Positions 23,076 through 36,502 of a DNA stretch of 64,000 nt are shown in pieces. The DNA is from Rhina ancylostomus (lineage: Eukaryota): positions 32,993,434 to 33,057,433 of the forward strand of contig JARFYF010000051.1 of assembly GCA_030265395.1 (NCBI GenBank), written 5' to 3'. A program made the position numbers and the translations under genes. Positions within the stretch are counted from its first letter, which is position 1; the number at the start of each line of letters is the position of its first letter. The notes beneath the pieces were generated by a model that searched no databases, was not told where the DNA came from, and was given only the letters and a program-made list of their open reading frames with translations.

Positions 23076-26000
23076 GTCATCATTGGATAGAAGATATATC
23101 TATATTCATGCCCATTCCAACTTTATCAAAGATGTAAACTGTTACATCCCTGGAATGGCTGTACAAAACAAAGATGTCCACCAGGGAACTATTTAAATAT
23201 TATTAGTGATAATCCAAATATTATACTGAAATTTTTGATCCTAAACCTGTAACTTATCAAAATGAAGAAAAGTTTTGATTGGTATTTTGTGCTAAGATTA
23301 ATAAGGAAAAAACAGTATTAGAAAGTTTAGAGCAAATTGATATCAGAATGGGTCTTCAAAAGTTAAAAATTCCATTCACCAGCAGACAGTCAAAATCAGA
23401 TCTTGACCCCCAGGTGTGAGTCAGACAAGCTAGATTGAAATGTCAGTTTTCACTGTCACTTGAACGTGACTGCTTTTTTTTGGTTACTGTTGTCATTTTA
23501 CAACCAGCCCAATCTTTCAAGTACATTCACACACCTGCTGAACCACCAGTGTACCATGGAACAAAGTGTACATTTCAAGGCAGTCATATAACTTTATTCC
23601 TGTCCATTTATCATCAACTTTTCAAAGATCAACATCCCTGCTCCAGCCAGGATCACTTGGCCCGAAATTTGTTTACGCAGCTCCAAAACCAAAACAGTGC
23701 CCTGCTGTTGAAAATGACATTAACCCAGAGTGGATCAATGTTGGGTGCTTTAGCATCCATTGGGAAGTTTGCCTCCTCATTTTTTGGTGGGTCTTTCATC
23801 CTCTCTAGCACTTCCTTTCAGGGTAAAGCCCTCCCAAGTGATGCCAACAGTCGTGCAACATAAAATAAATTTGCCTGAAATGAGTTTTCCAACATTGCTG
23901 GTCTGGAAAACATTCCAATTTAGTCACAAAACAACTGGGTTTTGCTAATACTGCACCCACTGAACCTCTGCTGTCTAAAGGGCGAACACTCAATCTGCAC
24001 TTTTTGCTCTCACTTCCTATGACCTCAAATGTAGTCACAATCAGTCACTCTCAGCTTCCCAACTTCAGGATTATTCCAGGCTGCTAGTCACCCAAACTCG
24101 ACACTCAAAGACAGGAGACTTCATCTATTTTTCCATCCAGCCCACAGGACCTGGTCATTTACCTGCACCGCAGGTTTTCCCAAAGTGCAGGCTTGCAATC
24201 ATGTCCTCACAGAGGATCTCTCACCAGTAGCGCTTGGTTGTGTCTGGAGAAAACAGAGAACGTGCCACCAACATGGTCAAGTCAATCTGAGCCCTTGGGA
24301 ACAACATCCTAACCTGCCCTCCCTTCATTACAACAACCATTCATTGAGTAGCATCCCTCTCCTGTAGCTGGAAGAGTGCTGATTATATTATAGTTATGTC
24401 CCTTTTTAGCTACATGCTGACTAATGCAAGAACTTGCAGCACATCAGTACAGATTGCCATACAGACTGGCTAAAACCAGCACGCTGTTCTTTTAAAGCTT
24501 GCCATAGAAGTTCTAAATCTTATAGGACATTCACAAACAGCTTTTCAGTGATGCACACTGTCATTAAAAAAAAATTGGTATGGAGCAATTTCTAGACTGG
24601 TGTTCAAATTGCCATCTGTACTCAGGACAACTGTGTCTAGGCTCCACCCAGGGTTTTGCAAAGTCAGGGAGCAAGCATAATTTGGTTAACTGGCCTCTGT
24701 AAATTACTCCTCATGTGTAGGTAAGTGGTAGAATCTAGAAGGAGTGGATGGGAATGTGAGGAGAATTTTTTAAAAATGGCATCATTGCAAATCAGTGCTT
24801 GATGGTCAGTGCAGACCTGGTGTTGTGATTCTATGACAATCATTGTGAATGTGTATGTGTATCCACCACTACATATTATGTATTGGTACATGCCACATGA
24901 CCAGTCCGCCAACCATACATGTCTTTTGGTTATTTAGGCACAGTCAGGTTGTTGTATTTGGTGAAACAATCTAGGCAGGTAGGTCTCCAGCTGGCACTTG
25001 GTTNNNNNNNNNNNNNNNNNNNNNNNNNNNNNNNNNNNNNNNNNNNNNNNNNNNNNNNNNNNNNNNNNNNNNNNNNNNNNNNNNNNNNNNNNNNNNNNNN
25101 NNNNNNNNNNNNNNNNNNNNNNNNNNNNNNNNNNNNNNNNNNNNNNNNNNNNNNNNNNNNNNNNNNNNNNNNNNNNNNNNNNNNNNNNNNNNNNNNNNNN
25201 NNNNNNNNNNNNNNNNNNNNNNNNNNNNNNNNNNNNNNNNNNNNNNNNNNNNNNNNNNNNNNNNNNNNNNNNNNNNNNNNNNNNNNNNNNNNNNNNNNNN
25301 NNNNNNNNNNNNNNNNNNNNNNNNNNNNNNNNNNNNNNNNNNNNNNNNNNNNNNNNNNNNNNNNNNNNNNNNNNNNNNNNNNNNNNNNNNNNNNNNNNNN
25401 NNNNNNNNNNNNNNNNNNNNNNNNNNNNNNNNNNNNNNNNNNNNNNNNNNNNNNNNNNNNNNNNNNNNNNNNNNNNNNTGGGGGGTGCAGATGAGAGAAA
25501 ATGATTTGCAAAGGGAAAGGAGAAAGTAAGTAAGAGAAACTACATTACCAGGGGAGAAGAGGGGGAAATGATTGGCATGGGGGGGGGGGCACCGGCATGT
25601 ACCAGAAAGAAGGAATTAGAAGGAACTAGGGTTCATTGAAGTAGTTGGCAGTGAAGGGGAAAAAAATTCAAAATTAAGTAAAGGAAGAATAAGGAAAATG
25701 AACCAAAGAGGGGTGGAAAATGAAATGAATGCACAGCGCAACAGGAAGGAGAAAACTAAGGCAAAGGTATTGTTGGGTAAAGACTAAAGGGGAAAATAGG
25801 GGGTAATGAAGGGCAAAAGGAAGAGGAAGAAGCTGGAGAGAACCTTAGAGTCAGCAGATAGCTGAGGAGATGCTTTATTGTGGAGAAGGCCTTTGGGAGT
25901 AACTCCTTTCTGAACTAGCAAGTCATATGTTTGAGAATTTAAATCCCATCATGATAATTTGCTGATAACATAAAAAATACCATTAAGGCAGCCAGATTCT

Positions 26001-27904
26001 ACTTAAAATCCCAATGGATTCCTGAAAGATTGATTTGGAAGAATTTCCAGTGACCCCTCTAATATTCCATTAAGGAATTCAGGCAAGTTACAAAGCAATA
26101 ACAAGAAAATATATTATAAATAGTAGTCATGGCTAGGTAATGGGTAACAAATTTAGCTGCATTAATTCTGTGAAGGATTAATCCCTATTTTCAGTGCAAG
26201 GCTCAGGGATCAAGTGTAGACAGATACCTTCAACAGAAGATGCCATGTGAACAGCTCTACCCAGCATCACCTTGAGGACCTTGCCAAGTTATTTGTTTCC
26301 CTCTATATGACATTACAAAGGTACTGAGTGTTTTGGGCACAGGAAAGGTCATGAGAGTGTTGCTGAAAATATGACATTAATACTGTCCACACCACCCTCC
26401 AGTTCTTTCACCTGACAATGTGAAAATTGCTTAGGCATGTCCTGTCCACCAGCCAATTACTGCTCTGTCAGTCATCAGCAAAGCAATGGGAGGATTAATC
26501 AATAGTTACCTTAGGTGACATCTATTCAATGTTAACATTCACTGGTGCTAAATGCTGGAGGAAAAATTAGAGTTATTGGTCCTGACATTAAGACAGCATT
26601 CAATCAATATCACACCAAGAAGCTGCAGCAAACCACCCANNNNNNNNNNNNNNNNNNNNNNNNNNNNNNNNNNNNNNNNAGGCCAATTAATACAATGCCA
26701 CAATACCTTTGTGAAGAAAATCCCCAGCACCATGTCCCTGATCCAGCACTATGTCCCTGATCCAATAATGTTCAGCTGGTTTTTAATCGTTGGTCTTCTA
26801 TTTGTCATTTTTGGGCACAGTTAGTTTGAGCTTAATTCCTAAAATCATAAAGCACCCCATGTGATCCTACAGTATGGTTAAGGCCAATGTGAGTACAAAA
26901 TGTTAGCCACTACTGAAGTACAGACCATCTCAAGGAAAAAAATGCAGGGGCATCTCCCCCGAAGTTTAACACCACTGGCAGCATATTTAAGACTATCAAT
27001 ATTTTGGGAATCATCATTGCCCAAAGATTTTAATTCGATCAGCCAAGTCCATATTGTAACTACGAAGATAAGGCACAAGCAAGTTACTCTGCAATGAATG
27101 CCTCACATCCTAATCCCCTCAAAATTTTGCAAAATTAAGCTCAAGCTACTCATAATCTATTGAATATGAGATGAAAATCTGTAAACAATTTATTGCAGTC
27201 GTGAAAGATGGGCTTTAAGCTTCTGTGCCCCAAGCTGATAAAATTAATGTGACTCAATATCTCTCTGAAAGAATTAAAAAAAAGCTAATTCTGTGAACTA
27301 GGTAGAAAACCAGTCAGGGTGCCATAATGAACAAAGCAATGATTTGTTGTAATAAGAGTGATAATGAGAGTAATATTTGGGTAAGTGATGCTTTCTAGAG
27401 ATTGCAAACAACAATCTCTTCCATCTTTTCTTTTAAAAGAGGGATTAAACACGTATTCAGTGCTATGTAGAAAAGTGCTTATAAAACAATTAGAATGGAC
27501 TTTTAATGTACAAGTTCAATAATTCCCAATAGAACATATTACCAGACTACAATTTTGTATCTTAAGGCCTGGATTCCCTTTGCAAGCTCTTAAGTGCTTA
27601 GGTCTTTCTCTCCCTTCCAAACAAGCAGAGGAACCTTGTACACAAGTTCTGATTGGAATAACATCAGGATATTTATTGAGTCGGCAACCCTTTTGGGATT
27701 GCATCTATATTTTTTAAACTATATATTTTTAAATGAACCTAGCTTAAAACTGTACTTGGTCATGCTTCATCTGCAGATGTGGCACAGTAGATAGATAATC
27801 TGAGAACTGATTGGAGGGAGTACTGCTGGAGTGGAGGAGTTGGGCACAAAATGGTATAATTTAACACTAGAAAAATGATGACTATTGTCCTTTGTTATAC
27901 CTAG

Positions 27905-27965
27905 ATTACAGCTGGAAGTAAGTTCAAGTCAGGTTCAGCAGGGGATCACCATAGTTACACTAATG
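27905..27965 (+). CDS. CALD1: Caldesmon penultimate exon (ITAGSKFKSGSAGDHHSYTN-G)
   Basis: Acceptor acctag|, strong donor G|gtaagt, 61 nt, phase 0-1. Resembles the chicken caldesmon tail VTATGKKSETNG. Confidence 0.8.
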
Positions 27966-28974
27966 GTAAGTGACTTTCATAAACCCTTCAATTGTAAATT
28001 TGACGTTATGGCCAGGTACTTGTAATGTGTTCACAGCACTATTTCAGTCTATGCTGACAGTTATTATTAATGAATGCTAGCAGCTGAACATTAGATTTTA
28101 TGGTGTTTTCAATAATGTTTAACATGCGTCATCAGAAAGGCTGCAAAATCATAAAACTGAGTAAGTGACAGCATTAAGAACAATCTGTACACTCACCCTT
28201 CAAAGGGCAACTAAAAAAAAGCCACTGTGATAAATGGCTGGCCATGTGTCAGTACATCTTTTGTTTCTCTGCTCAAATATAAATTACTATATTTACCAAA
28301 AAGGTGATAAATCAAGTATTTATTTCTCATTGGGAATATTTTAAAATGTTAAAATGTCAGCTTTGCATTGTATTGTCTAAATTTAAATAGACACAGGAAT
28401 CTGAACCATGCTTGCTGAATCACATGTGGGACCACGTGTTGTTAAAATGAAGAGCATGTCAAAATTGACTGTTAATCACCCTTAGCCGCAGTGGGATTTA
28501 AAAGTGCCTTATGCAGGATACCAAGAAGAAAACAAGAGTCAGATCAGTGTACCTTACGGCAGCTGGGTATTGTTCTTGACAATTGAACAAAATGAGTGAG
28601 GTTAACAATTTGCCAGGCATCAATAATTGCACAGGGTTGATTAGAGTTTCAAAAGCAAGGACTGAAGACACATTGCAAAATTAGTTCAGAAGATATTAGT
28701 GAGAGTGGTTATTTAGATATAGATTTCAGTTTCATTCTACATACTAAGCTATTGCAAAGCTGTGGGCAAAACATATTTATAGTAAGAACAGATAATGCTG
28801 GGGATACTAAACAGAAGCAGTCAATACAGAGAATAAAACAGTTAACATTCTAACATTGATGGCCATTCATTAGAACTGGATTAACAGTTAAGTAAGGGCA
28901 AAATTTAAGACTTCTCACATTGATATGTGCTTAGCATTTGACTTTTAATCAATTTACAGCCACAGTATTCAAGA

Positions 28975-29290
28975 TTGATTAGGCAGCATCTGTGGAAAGA
29001 GAGAGAGAGTCAACATTTCAGGTGGAAGATCCTTCATCAGACCTGGAAAAGAGCGACCTTGTTTTTCTCTCTCCACAGATCCTGCCTGACCTGCAAAGTA
29101 TTTCTAGCATTTTCTGTCTTTAATTGCCAGCATCAGCATTTTAGTGATTTTCGCTCAAAATGTATTGTCTGTCACATTTCAACCTAAAATGCTGGAAATA
29201 TTCAGAGGGCAGGCAGCATCCATTGGGAGAGAACCATCTTAGATAATGTTAACTCTTCCTCTCTATTGGATGTTGCCTGACTTCATGAAT
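28975..29290 (-). mobile_element. Penelope terminal-repeat fragments containing a minimal hammerhead ribozyme motif (29007-29044)
   Basis: Palindromic aggcagcatctgtgg...ccacagatcctgcct unit. The minus strand has CTGATGA-agg...cct-GAAA-tgtt. Confidence 0.65.
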
Positions 29291-31109
29291 ATTTAATATT
29301 TTAACTTTCCAACACAATACACCCCATAAATTGCCTTTTGATTATCACATGCACCCATCTCATTCAGGTTTATTTCTCGGCTCGATTCCTGAAAAAGTTG
29401 TTTTTTTTATCTAGCTGGTGAATTTTCCAAAGCCAAGATATATTTCCTGTGATGTAATACCCAAAAATTAATGCAGTCCTCCAGGTGGGGTCTGATCAAG
29501 CTCTGTACAAATGAAGCATTACGTCCCCATGCTTGTATTCAACCCTTCTATTGTTCTATTAGCTTCTCTGGTTAACTCTTATATCTACATGGTAGGATTT
29601 AGTGATTTGTTTTCAATGCCATTAAGATCCCTTGGCTTTTCCACAGCTTCCTAGACCCTCAACATTAAGGAAATACCTGATTTGTCAGTGGATGACCTGA
29701 CACTTCTTAACTTTGAAATGTATCTGCCATGTTCTGCTGTACCTTATCGCCCTCCAGCTTTCCATCCACATTACTGTGACCCAAAACAAATCCCTGCAGA
29801 ACCTCACTTGACACTTCCCGGCAACTAGGAATAGTCCCTCTTCTCTGCTCTTTTTCGCCTACCCTAAAAACTAATGATCAATGCTGCCACATTTACCTCC
29901 AATTCCAGTTTCTTCTATCAGTTTTAGAGAACTGGAAAATTAAAACTAATGCATCTGCAATTTCCTCTACTATTTGCTTGAATACATGGTGTTGAAGTCA
30001 TTTGGTCCTACAGATTTATCTACCTTGAGTCCCAAAACAGTTTTCATTTACTGTTTGCATGAATGCTATCTGTCAAGTTCAGCTTATTTCAGGTTACCTT
30101 GCACCACAGGTAGCTTGTCTTCTTAAATACAGTGAAAACATATATGCCCAGAAAGCAAATCCATTTGCACCTGTTTTCCATGTGCATATCACCTCCAAAA
30201 CACTGCATTTTATTCCTGTTTTGAAGCATTTGTTCCCATTTTTATTGAAGTCTGCCTGTTGAGAAATTCGACCAGATACTTCAAGCTGTGACTCATCCTA
30301 ACAAGGGTACCATTTCTCCACTGATTTTCATGCTCATGGTGACCTCACCAACATTTACAATACCCATTAACTTCTTAGTAGCAGAAATTGATTCAAAAGG
30401 TCAAGAACTCCCACTGTTATTAACTCTCAATAAAATAAGGTCTACATCATACTGAAAGTAGTGAATAATGAGTTATTTAAAGCATCCCTACTGGAACATT
30501 ATTTTCAATTTATATTAATACTCCTGAGTCACTTTAATATTTTAAAGGTCTCATTGCTGGCAGCCCAGTGTACAGATTGAAGCATGCTTTCAGGTCTCAG
30601 AAGCCTACATCTGTGGCCCTTTCACTGTTGGTGATGTGGGGGCACCCATAGCAAGGAACAGGATTGTCGCACTCCCTGTGTTGGGTGACCACCATCTGTA
30701 GACACATATGCTGCTACAATCCCAACACACCCCTTCCATTTTCCACCACCTCTGTGCAATTGTCTAGTAAATCATGCAACACTTTTTAATGATAATGAAT
30801 TTTCTTTGAAAGGAATTTAATTTTCATCCAATTTTTCACAATTTTTTTTGTTGACACCCAATTTAGCCAAATTTGGCACTGATCTAGAGCAACAAAATTG
30901 GGTGGTCTAATTCCTAGGCAATACATGTTTGCCATCCCCTTCCCCTCCATTAAGATTGCACCAGCATTTTCCTTTACAGGGACATGCATTCCACTACAAA
31001 AACCTTTGCAATTAGCCTCGATTTCTTTGACAATTTCTCATATTCCTTTTTTACACCTCAGTACCTTTTTTTATATATATCCATTTTTGCCTATAATAGC
31101 TTAGGCAAT

Positions 31110-32501
31110 TTAGAACATGGAACAGTACAGCACAGGAACAGGCCCTTCAGCCCACAATGTTGTGCCAAACCAATTACATTAGTAATAAAATGCCCAACTA
31201 AACTAATCCCTTCTGCCTACACAATGCCCATATCCTACCATTTCCCTCACATTCATGTTCCTATCTAAGAGCTTCTTGAATGCCCCATCATATTTGCCTC
31301 CGCCTCCACCACCACCCCAGGCAGTGCATCCCAGGTACCCACCACTCTCCGTGTAAAAAAAAAACTTGCCTCACACATCTCCTTTGAACTTACCCCCTAT
31401 CACCTTAAGTGCATGCCCTCTGGTATTAGACATTTCAATCCTGGGGAAAAGATAACGGCTGTCTACTCTAACTGTGCCTCTCATAATCTTATAAACCTCT
31501 ATCACATCTCCCCTCAGCCTCTACCGCTCCAGAGAGAACAAATCAAGTTTGTCCAACCTATCCTCATAGCACATGCCCTCTAATCCAGGCAGCATCTTGG
31601 TAAACCTCTTCTGCACACTCTCCAATGCCTCAATATCCTTACAATAATGGGGCGACCAGAACTGAAGGCAACACTCCAGATGCAGCCTAACTAAAGTTTT
31701 ATAAAGCTGCAGCACAACTTCCTTGAACTCAGTGCCTCAACTAATGAAGGCAAGAATGCCAATATGCCTCCACCCTATCAACCTGTGGAGCCATTTTCGG
31801 GGAGGTAGGAACTCATACCCCAAGATCCCCCTGCTCATCAACACTGTAAGTGTCTTGTCATTAACAGTGTACTGTCTCTTTACATTTGATCTCCCAAGGT
31901 GCAACACTTCACATTTGGTCAGGTTGAACTCTATCTGCCATTTCTCTGCCCATATCTGGAACTGATCTGTATCCTTTGCCAGTCTTCTACACTATCCATA
32001 ACACCACGAATCTTCATATCATCTGCAAACTTACTAACCACCCATGTACATTTTCATCCAGGTCATTTATATACAACACAAACAGCAGAGGTCCTAGTAC
32101 AGATCCCTGAGGAACACCACTAGTCACAGACCTCCAGCTAGAATAAGTCCCATCAACCACTACCCTCTGCCTTCTACGGGCAAGTCAGTTCTGAATCCAA
32201 ATGATCAATTCACTGTTGATCCCATGCTTCTTAATCTTCTGGATGAGCCTCCCATGAGGGACATTGTCAAAGGCCTTACTAAAATCCATGTAGACAACAT
32301 CCACAGCTCTACCTTCATGAATTGCCCTCATCACCTCGTCAAAAACTCAATCAAGTTAGTAAGGCATGACTTGCCCTACACAAAGCCATGTTGACTGTAC
32401 CTAATTAGGCTGTGGTTTTCCAAATGCTCAGAAATCCTTTCCCTAAGAATCCTCTCCAGTAACTTCCCTACCACTGATGTGAGACTCACCAGTCTATAGT
32501 T
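31110..32501 (-). mobile_element. 5'-truncated CR1 LINE
   Basis: Minus-strand MLQLYKTLVRLHLECCLQFWSPHYCKDIEALESVQKRFTKMLPGL plus further RT motifs. The 3' tail is at about 31112. Confidence 0.92.
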
Positions 32502-32600
32502 NNNNNNNNNNNNNNNNNNNNNNNNNNNNNNNNNNNNNNNNNNNNNNNNNNNNNNNNNNNNNNNNNNNNNNNNNNNNNNNNNNNNNNNNNNNNNNNNNNN

Positions 32601-33035
32601 NATCCTACCACTTCCCTCACATACACGTGCCTATCTAAGAGCTTATTGAATTCCCCTATTGTACTTGCCTCCACCATCATCCCAGGTGGTGCATTCCAGA
32701 CACCCACCACTCTCTGTGTAAAAAAAAAACTTGCCCCACACATCTCCTTGGAACTCCTCCCTGCCACCTTAAATGCAAAGGTCCCAGTACGGATTCCTGT
32801 GGAATGCCACTAGTCACTGACTTCCAGTTAGAATAAGTCCCGTGGACCACTATCCTCTGTCTTCTACGGGCAAGCCAGTTCTGAATCCAAACAGCAAATT
32901 CACCTTGAATCCCATAAATCTTAATCTTCTGGATGAGTCTCCCATGAGGGACCTTGTCAAACACCTTACTAAAATCCATGTAGACAACATCCACAGCTCT
33001 ACCTGCATTAATCAACCTTGTCACCTCATCAAAAA
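32601..33035 (-). mobile_element. Second, internally deleted CR1 fragment
   Basis: FFDEVTRLINAGRAVDVVYMDFSKVFDKVPHGRLIQK...SGIPQESVLGP joined directly to 3'-terminal CR1 sequence. Confidence 0.88.
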
Positions 33036-33364
33036 ACTCTTTCAAGTGAATTTCTACTATTCTTTGTACTTGTGGAAGTCTTTTAGCTTGATATCTTCTC
33101 TTTCTAAGTTTGTTAGTAAACAAGTTGCTGATCTATCCAACTGGAATCTCTTTTATGAGTATATAACTTTTCTTACCAGATCAAATACTTCGGCATCTCC
33201 TATTTATGCATTTACCCATTGATGGCACTGTAGTGTTAGTTTATTGTTTTTTTAAGAAATTATATTGACTCAAATATGAAACCTGGACTGTGTCTATCCC
33301 TCTTCCTTTTAAATCAAATATAAAGTTATGATTAATATCTTCAGAATGTTCTCACACTGATGAA

Positions 33365-34534
33365 ATTGGAATTGATTCATTATTGTCACATGTACTGAGG
33401 TACAGTGAAAAACTTGTCTTGCATACCATTCATACAGATCAATTCATTACGCAGTGCATTATACCATGCAAAATAAAGTTTAGCAGCTGCAGAGAAAGTT
33501 CAATGCAGGTAAACAATAAGGTGCAAGGTCATAACGAGGTAGATTGTGAGGTCAAGACTCCACCTTATCACACTAGGGAACCATTTAATAGTGTTATAAC
33601 AGCAGGGTAGAAGCTGTCCTTGAGCCTGGTGGTACGCGCTTTCAGGCTTTTGTATCTTCTGCCCAATGGGAGAAGGGAAAAGAGAGAAATTCCCAGGTGG
33701 GTGGGGTCTTTGATTATGTTGGCTGCTTTACTGAGGAAGCAAGAAGTATAGACAGAGTCCTTGGAGGGGAGGCTGGTTTCTGTGATGTGCTGAGCTGTGT
33801 CCACAACTCTCTGCAGTTTCTTGCTGTCCTGGGCAGAACAGTTGCCGTACCTAGCTGTGTTCTGTCCAAATAAGATGCTTTCTATGGTGCATCAATAAAA
33901 ATTGTTAAGGGTCAACGGAGACATGTCAAATTTCTTTAGCCTTCTGAGGAAGTGGAGGTGCTGGCGTCCATGTGGTTGGCCCAGGACACGAACTTGAAGC
34001 TAGGAACTTGATGTTCTCAACTGTCTTGACCTCAGCACCATTGATGTAGACAGGAAAATGTGCACCCACACCCCTTCCTGAAGTCAATGACAAGCTGTTT
34101 TATTTTGCTGACATTGAGGAAGAAGTTGTTGTCATGACACCATGTCACGAAGCTCTTTATCTCCTTCCGGTACTCCAACTCAACATTATTTGAGTTATGG
34201 CCCACTACGGTGGTACTATCTGCAAACTCGTAGATGGAGTTAGAGCAGAATCTGGCCATGCATTCATGAGTGTATAGGGAGTAGAGTAGGGGGCTGAGGA
34301 TGCAGCCTTGTGGGTCACCAGCGTTGAGGATAATCATGGTGGAGGTATTGCTGCCCATCCTCACTGATTGCGGTCTGTTGGTCAGGAAATCAAGGATCCA
34401 GTTGCAGAGGGAGGTTTTGACTCTCAGGTCTTGAAATTTGATGATGAGTTTGCTTTCAATTATAGGACTGAAGGTGGAGCTGTAATCAATAGACGATAGT
34501 ATAATGTAGGTGCCTTACTGCTCAGATGCTCCAG
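33365..34534 (-). mobile_element. Rex1/Babar LINE reverse-transcriptase fragment
   Basis: GDPQGCILSPLLYSLYTHEC...FADSTTVVG...LNVSKIKQLVIDFRK and IIKDPTHLG...GRRYKSLKARTTRLKDSFYP. Confidence 0.9.
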
Positions 34535-35261
34535 NNNNNNNNNNNNNNNNNNNNNNNNNNNNNNNNNNNNNNNNNNNNNNNNNNNNNNNNNNNNNNNNNN
34601 NNNNNNNNNNNNNNNNNNNNNNNNNNNNNNNNNNNNNNNNNNNNNNNNNNNNNNNNNNNNNNNNNNNNNNNNNNNNNNNNNNNNNNNNNNNNNNNNNNNN
34701 NNNNNNNNNNNNNNNNNNNNNNNNNNNNNNNNNNNNNNNNNNNNNNNNNNNNNNNNNNNNNNNNNNNNNNNNNNNNNNNNNNNNNNNNNNNNNNNNNNNN
34801 NNNNNNNNNNNNNNNNNNNNNNNNNNNNNNNNNNNNNNNNNNNNNNNNNNNNNNNNNNNNNNNNNNNNNNNNNNNNNNNNNNNNNNNNNNNNNNNNNNNN
34901 NNNNNNNNNNNNNNNNNNNNNNNNNNNNNNNNNNNNNNNNNNNNNNNNNNNNNNNNNNNNNNNNNNNNNNNNNNNNNNNNNNNNNNNNNNNNNNNNNNNN
35001 NNNNNNNNNNNNNNNNNNNNNNNNNNNNNNNNNNNNNNNNNNNNNNNNNNNNNNNNNNNNNNNNNNNNNNNNNNNNNNNNNNNNNNNNNNNNNNNNNNNN
35101 NNNNNNNNNNNNNNNNNNNNNNNNNNNNNNNNNNNNNNNNNNNNNNNNNNNNNNNNNNNNNNNNNNNNNNNNNNNNNNNNNNNNNNNNNNNNNNNNNNNN
35201 NNNNNNNNNNNNNNNNNNNNNNNNNNNNNNNNNNNNNNNNNNNNNNNNNNNNNNNNNNNNN

Positions 35262-35445
35262 ATTCCCGTCACTGTCTGTAAGGAGTTTGTATGTTCTCTC
35301 GCATCTGTGTGGGTTTCCTCCGGGTGCTCCGGTTTCCTCCCACATTCTAAAGACGTATGGGTAGGTTAATACGGGGTTTCAAATGGGCGGTGCGGTCTCG
35401 TTCAGCCCAAAGGGCCTGTTACCACACTGTACATAAAATTTTAAA
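35262..35445 (+). mobile_element. V-SINE with its 5' part lost in a gap
   Basis: V-domain ggagtttgtatgttctc...gggtttcctccgggtgctccggtttcctcccaca. Confidence 0.8.
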
Positions 35446-35494
35446 AATTATTTCAAATTTGTAACAATTTGTCAGAACTACTTTCCAGGAATGC

Positions 35495-35632
35495 TGTTCT
35501 GACAAAAGGGTTGCAAACCTGAAATGTTGACTGTTTCCCTCTCCACAGATGCTGCCTGACCTGTTAAGTGTTTCTAGCATTTTCTGTTTTCCTTTCAGAT
35601 TTCCAGCATCTGCATTTTTTTCTGATTTTTAT
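35495..35632 (+). mobile_element. Penelope terminal-repeat fragment
   Basis: ctccacagatgctgcctgacctg...tttcagatttccagcatctgca, preceded by a degenerate hammerhead core. Confidence 0.6.
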
Positions 35633-36429
35633 TTGCCTTGTGTTCAAATGCTGATAATATCTTGATTTGGATTAGTTCTGATAGACTTAGTTCATCACCT
35701 TAGATTCAGATGTCCATTTGTTCCTTTGTATTTGGCTCTCTGTGCCATTCCTATCACCACATGAGAGTTGTTTGTCAGGGAATTATTTTTCTGTCAAGTC
35801 TCTGAGAGAGGAGCAATAAGACTTTTTTGCACTTAATGTGTGTTTTCTTGGTTTAGAGTTATAAGTTGATTTGTTTTTCATTGGAGAGAAAAAGATTAAA
35901 ATGAGATATGAACCAGACCTTCAAAATGCTAAGATCCAGATGATATATAACAGGCAGACTTTTTATCCTAGCCAATGATTACTAATTAAAGCACACAACT
36001 GGATATTAATAGGTATTGAGAGCCTAGAGACTGAAACAAAAGTTTCCTCGATAATAGTGGCAGTGTAACAGAACCTCCTATGGAAAATGGCATTTGTTTT
36101 CTTTAATTCCTTTGATGATGCTAGAATTAGATGGGAATATAAACTATGAAGTTAGCCAAAAACCTTGTATTATGTAATGAACCATCGGCCCTATGGAGAT
36201 ATCATCTACAAAAGGCATCTAGCTAGGGTTTAGGCATCGAGATGCTATTGCAGACAGGCAGTTTGGTTTTACCCAGTCTTCACTTTGGAGATTAAGCTGC
36301 AAATCACAGCATTGTCAGTAGGTTTTACATTCATATGCACCATACATTGCAAGTAACCAAATAACATGTTCTCATCCATTGATTTGCTTTGCTTTGCTTT
36401 CTTCTCTTTGCACTTATATACTGTATACT

Positions 36430-36442
36430 TACACACACACAG

Positions 36443-36497
<55 letters not shown>

Positions 36498-36502
36498 TAT
36501 AT
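36430..36502. repeat. Compound (CA)n(TA)n microsatellite
   Basis: Read directly from the sequence. Confidence 0.95.

Noticed and set aside
23411-23419. cag|GTG TGA as a mammal-like V* terminal exon
   Set aside because: Weak pyrimidine tract, and better-supported terminal exons exist at 27905 and 37597.
23550-24480. 142-aa ORF and neighbouring ORFs
   Set aside because: No recognisable gene; only a faint resemblance to a decayed RTE LINE.
24919-35364. Long ORFs made of X residues (also at 46897-47358 and elsewhere)
   Set aside because: Artefacts of translating through N gaps.
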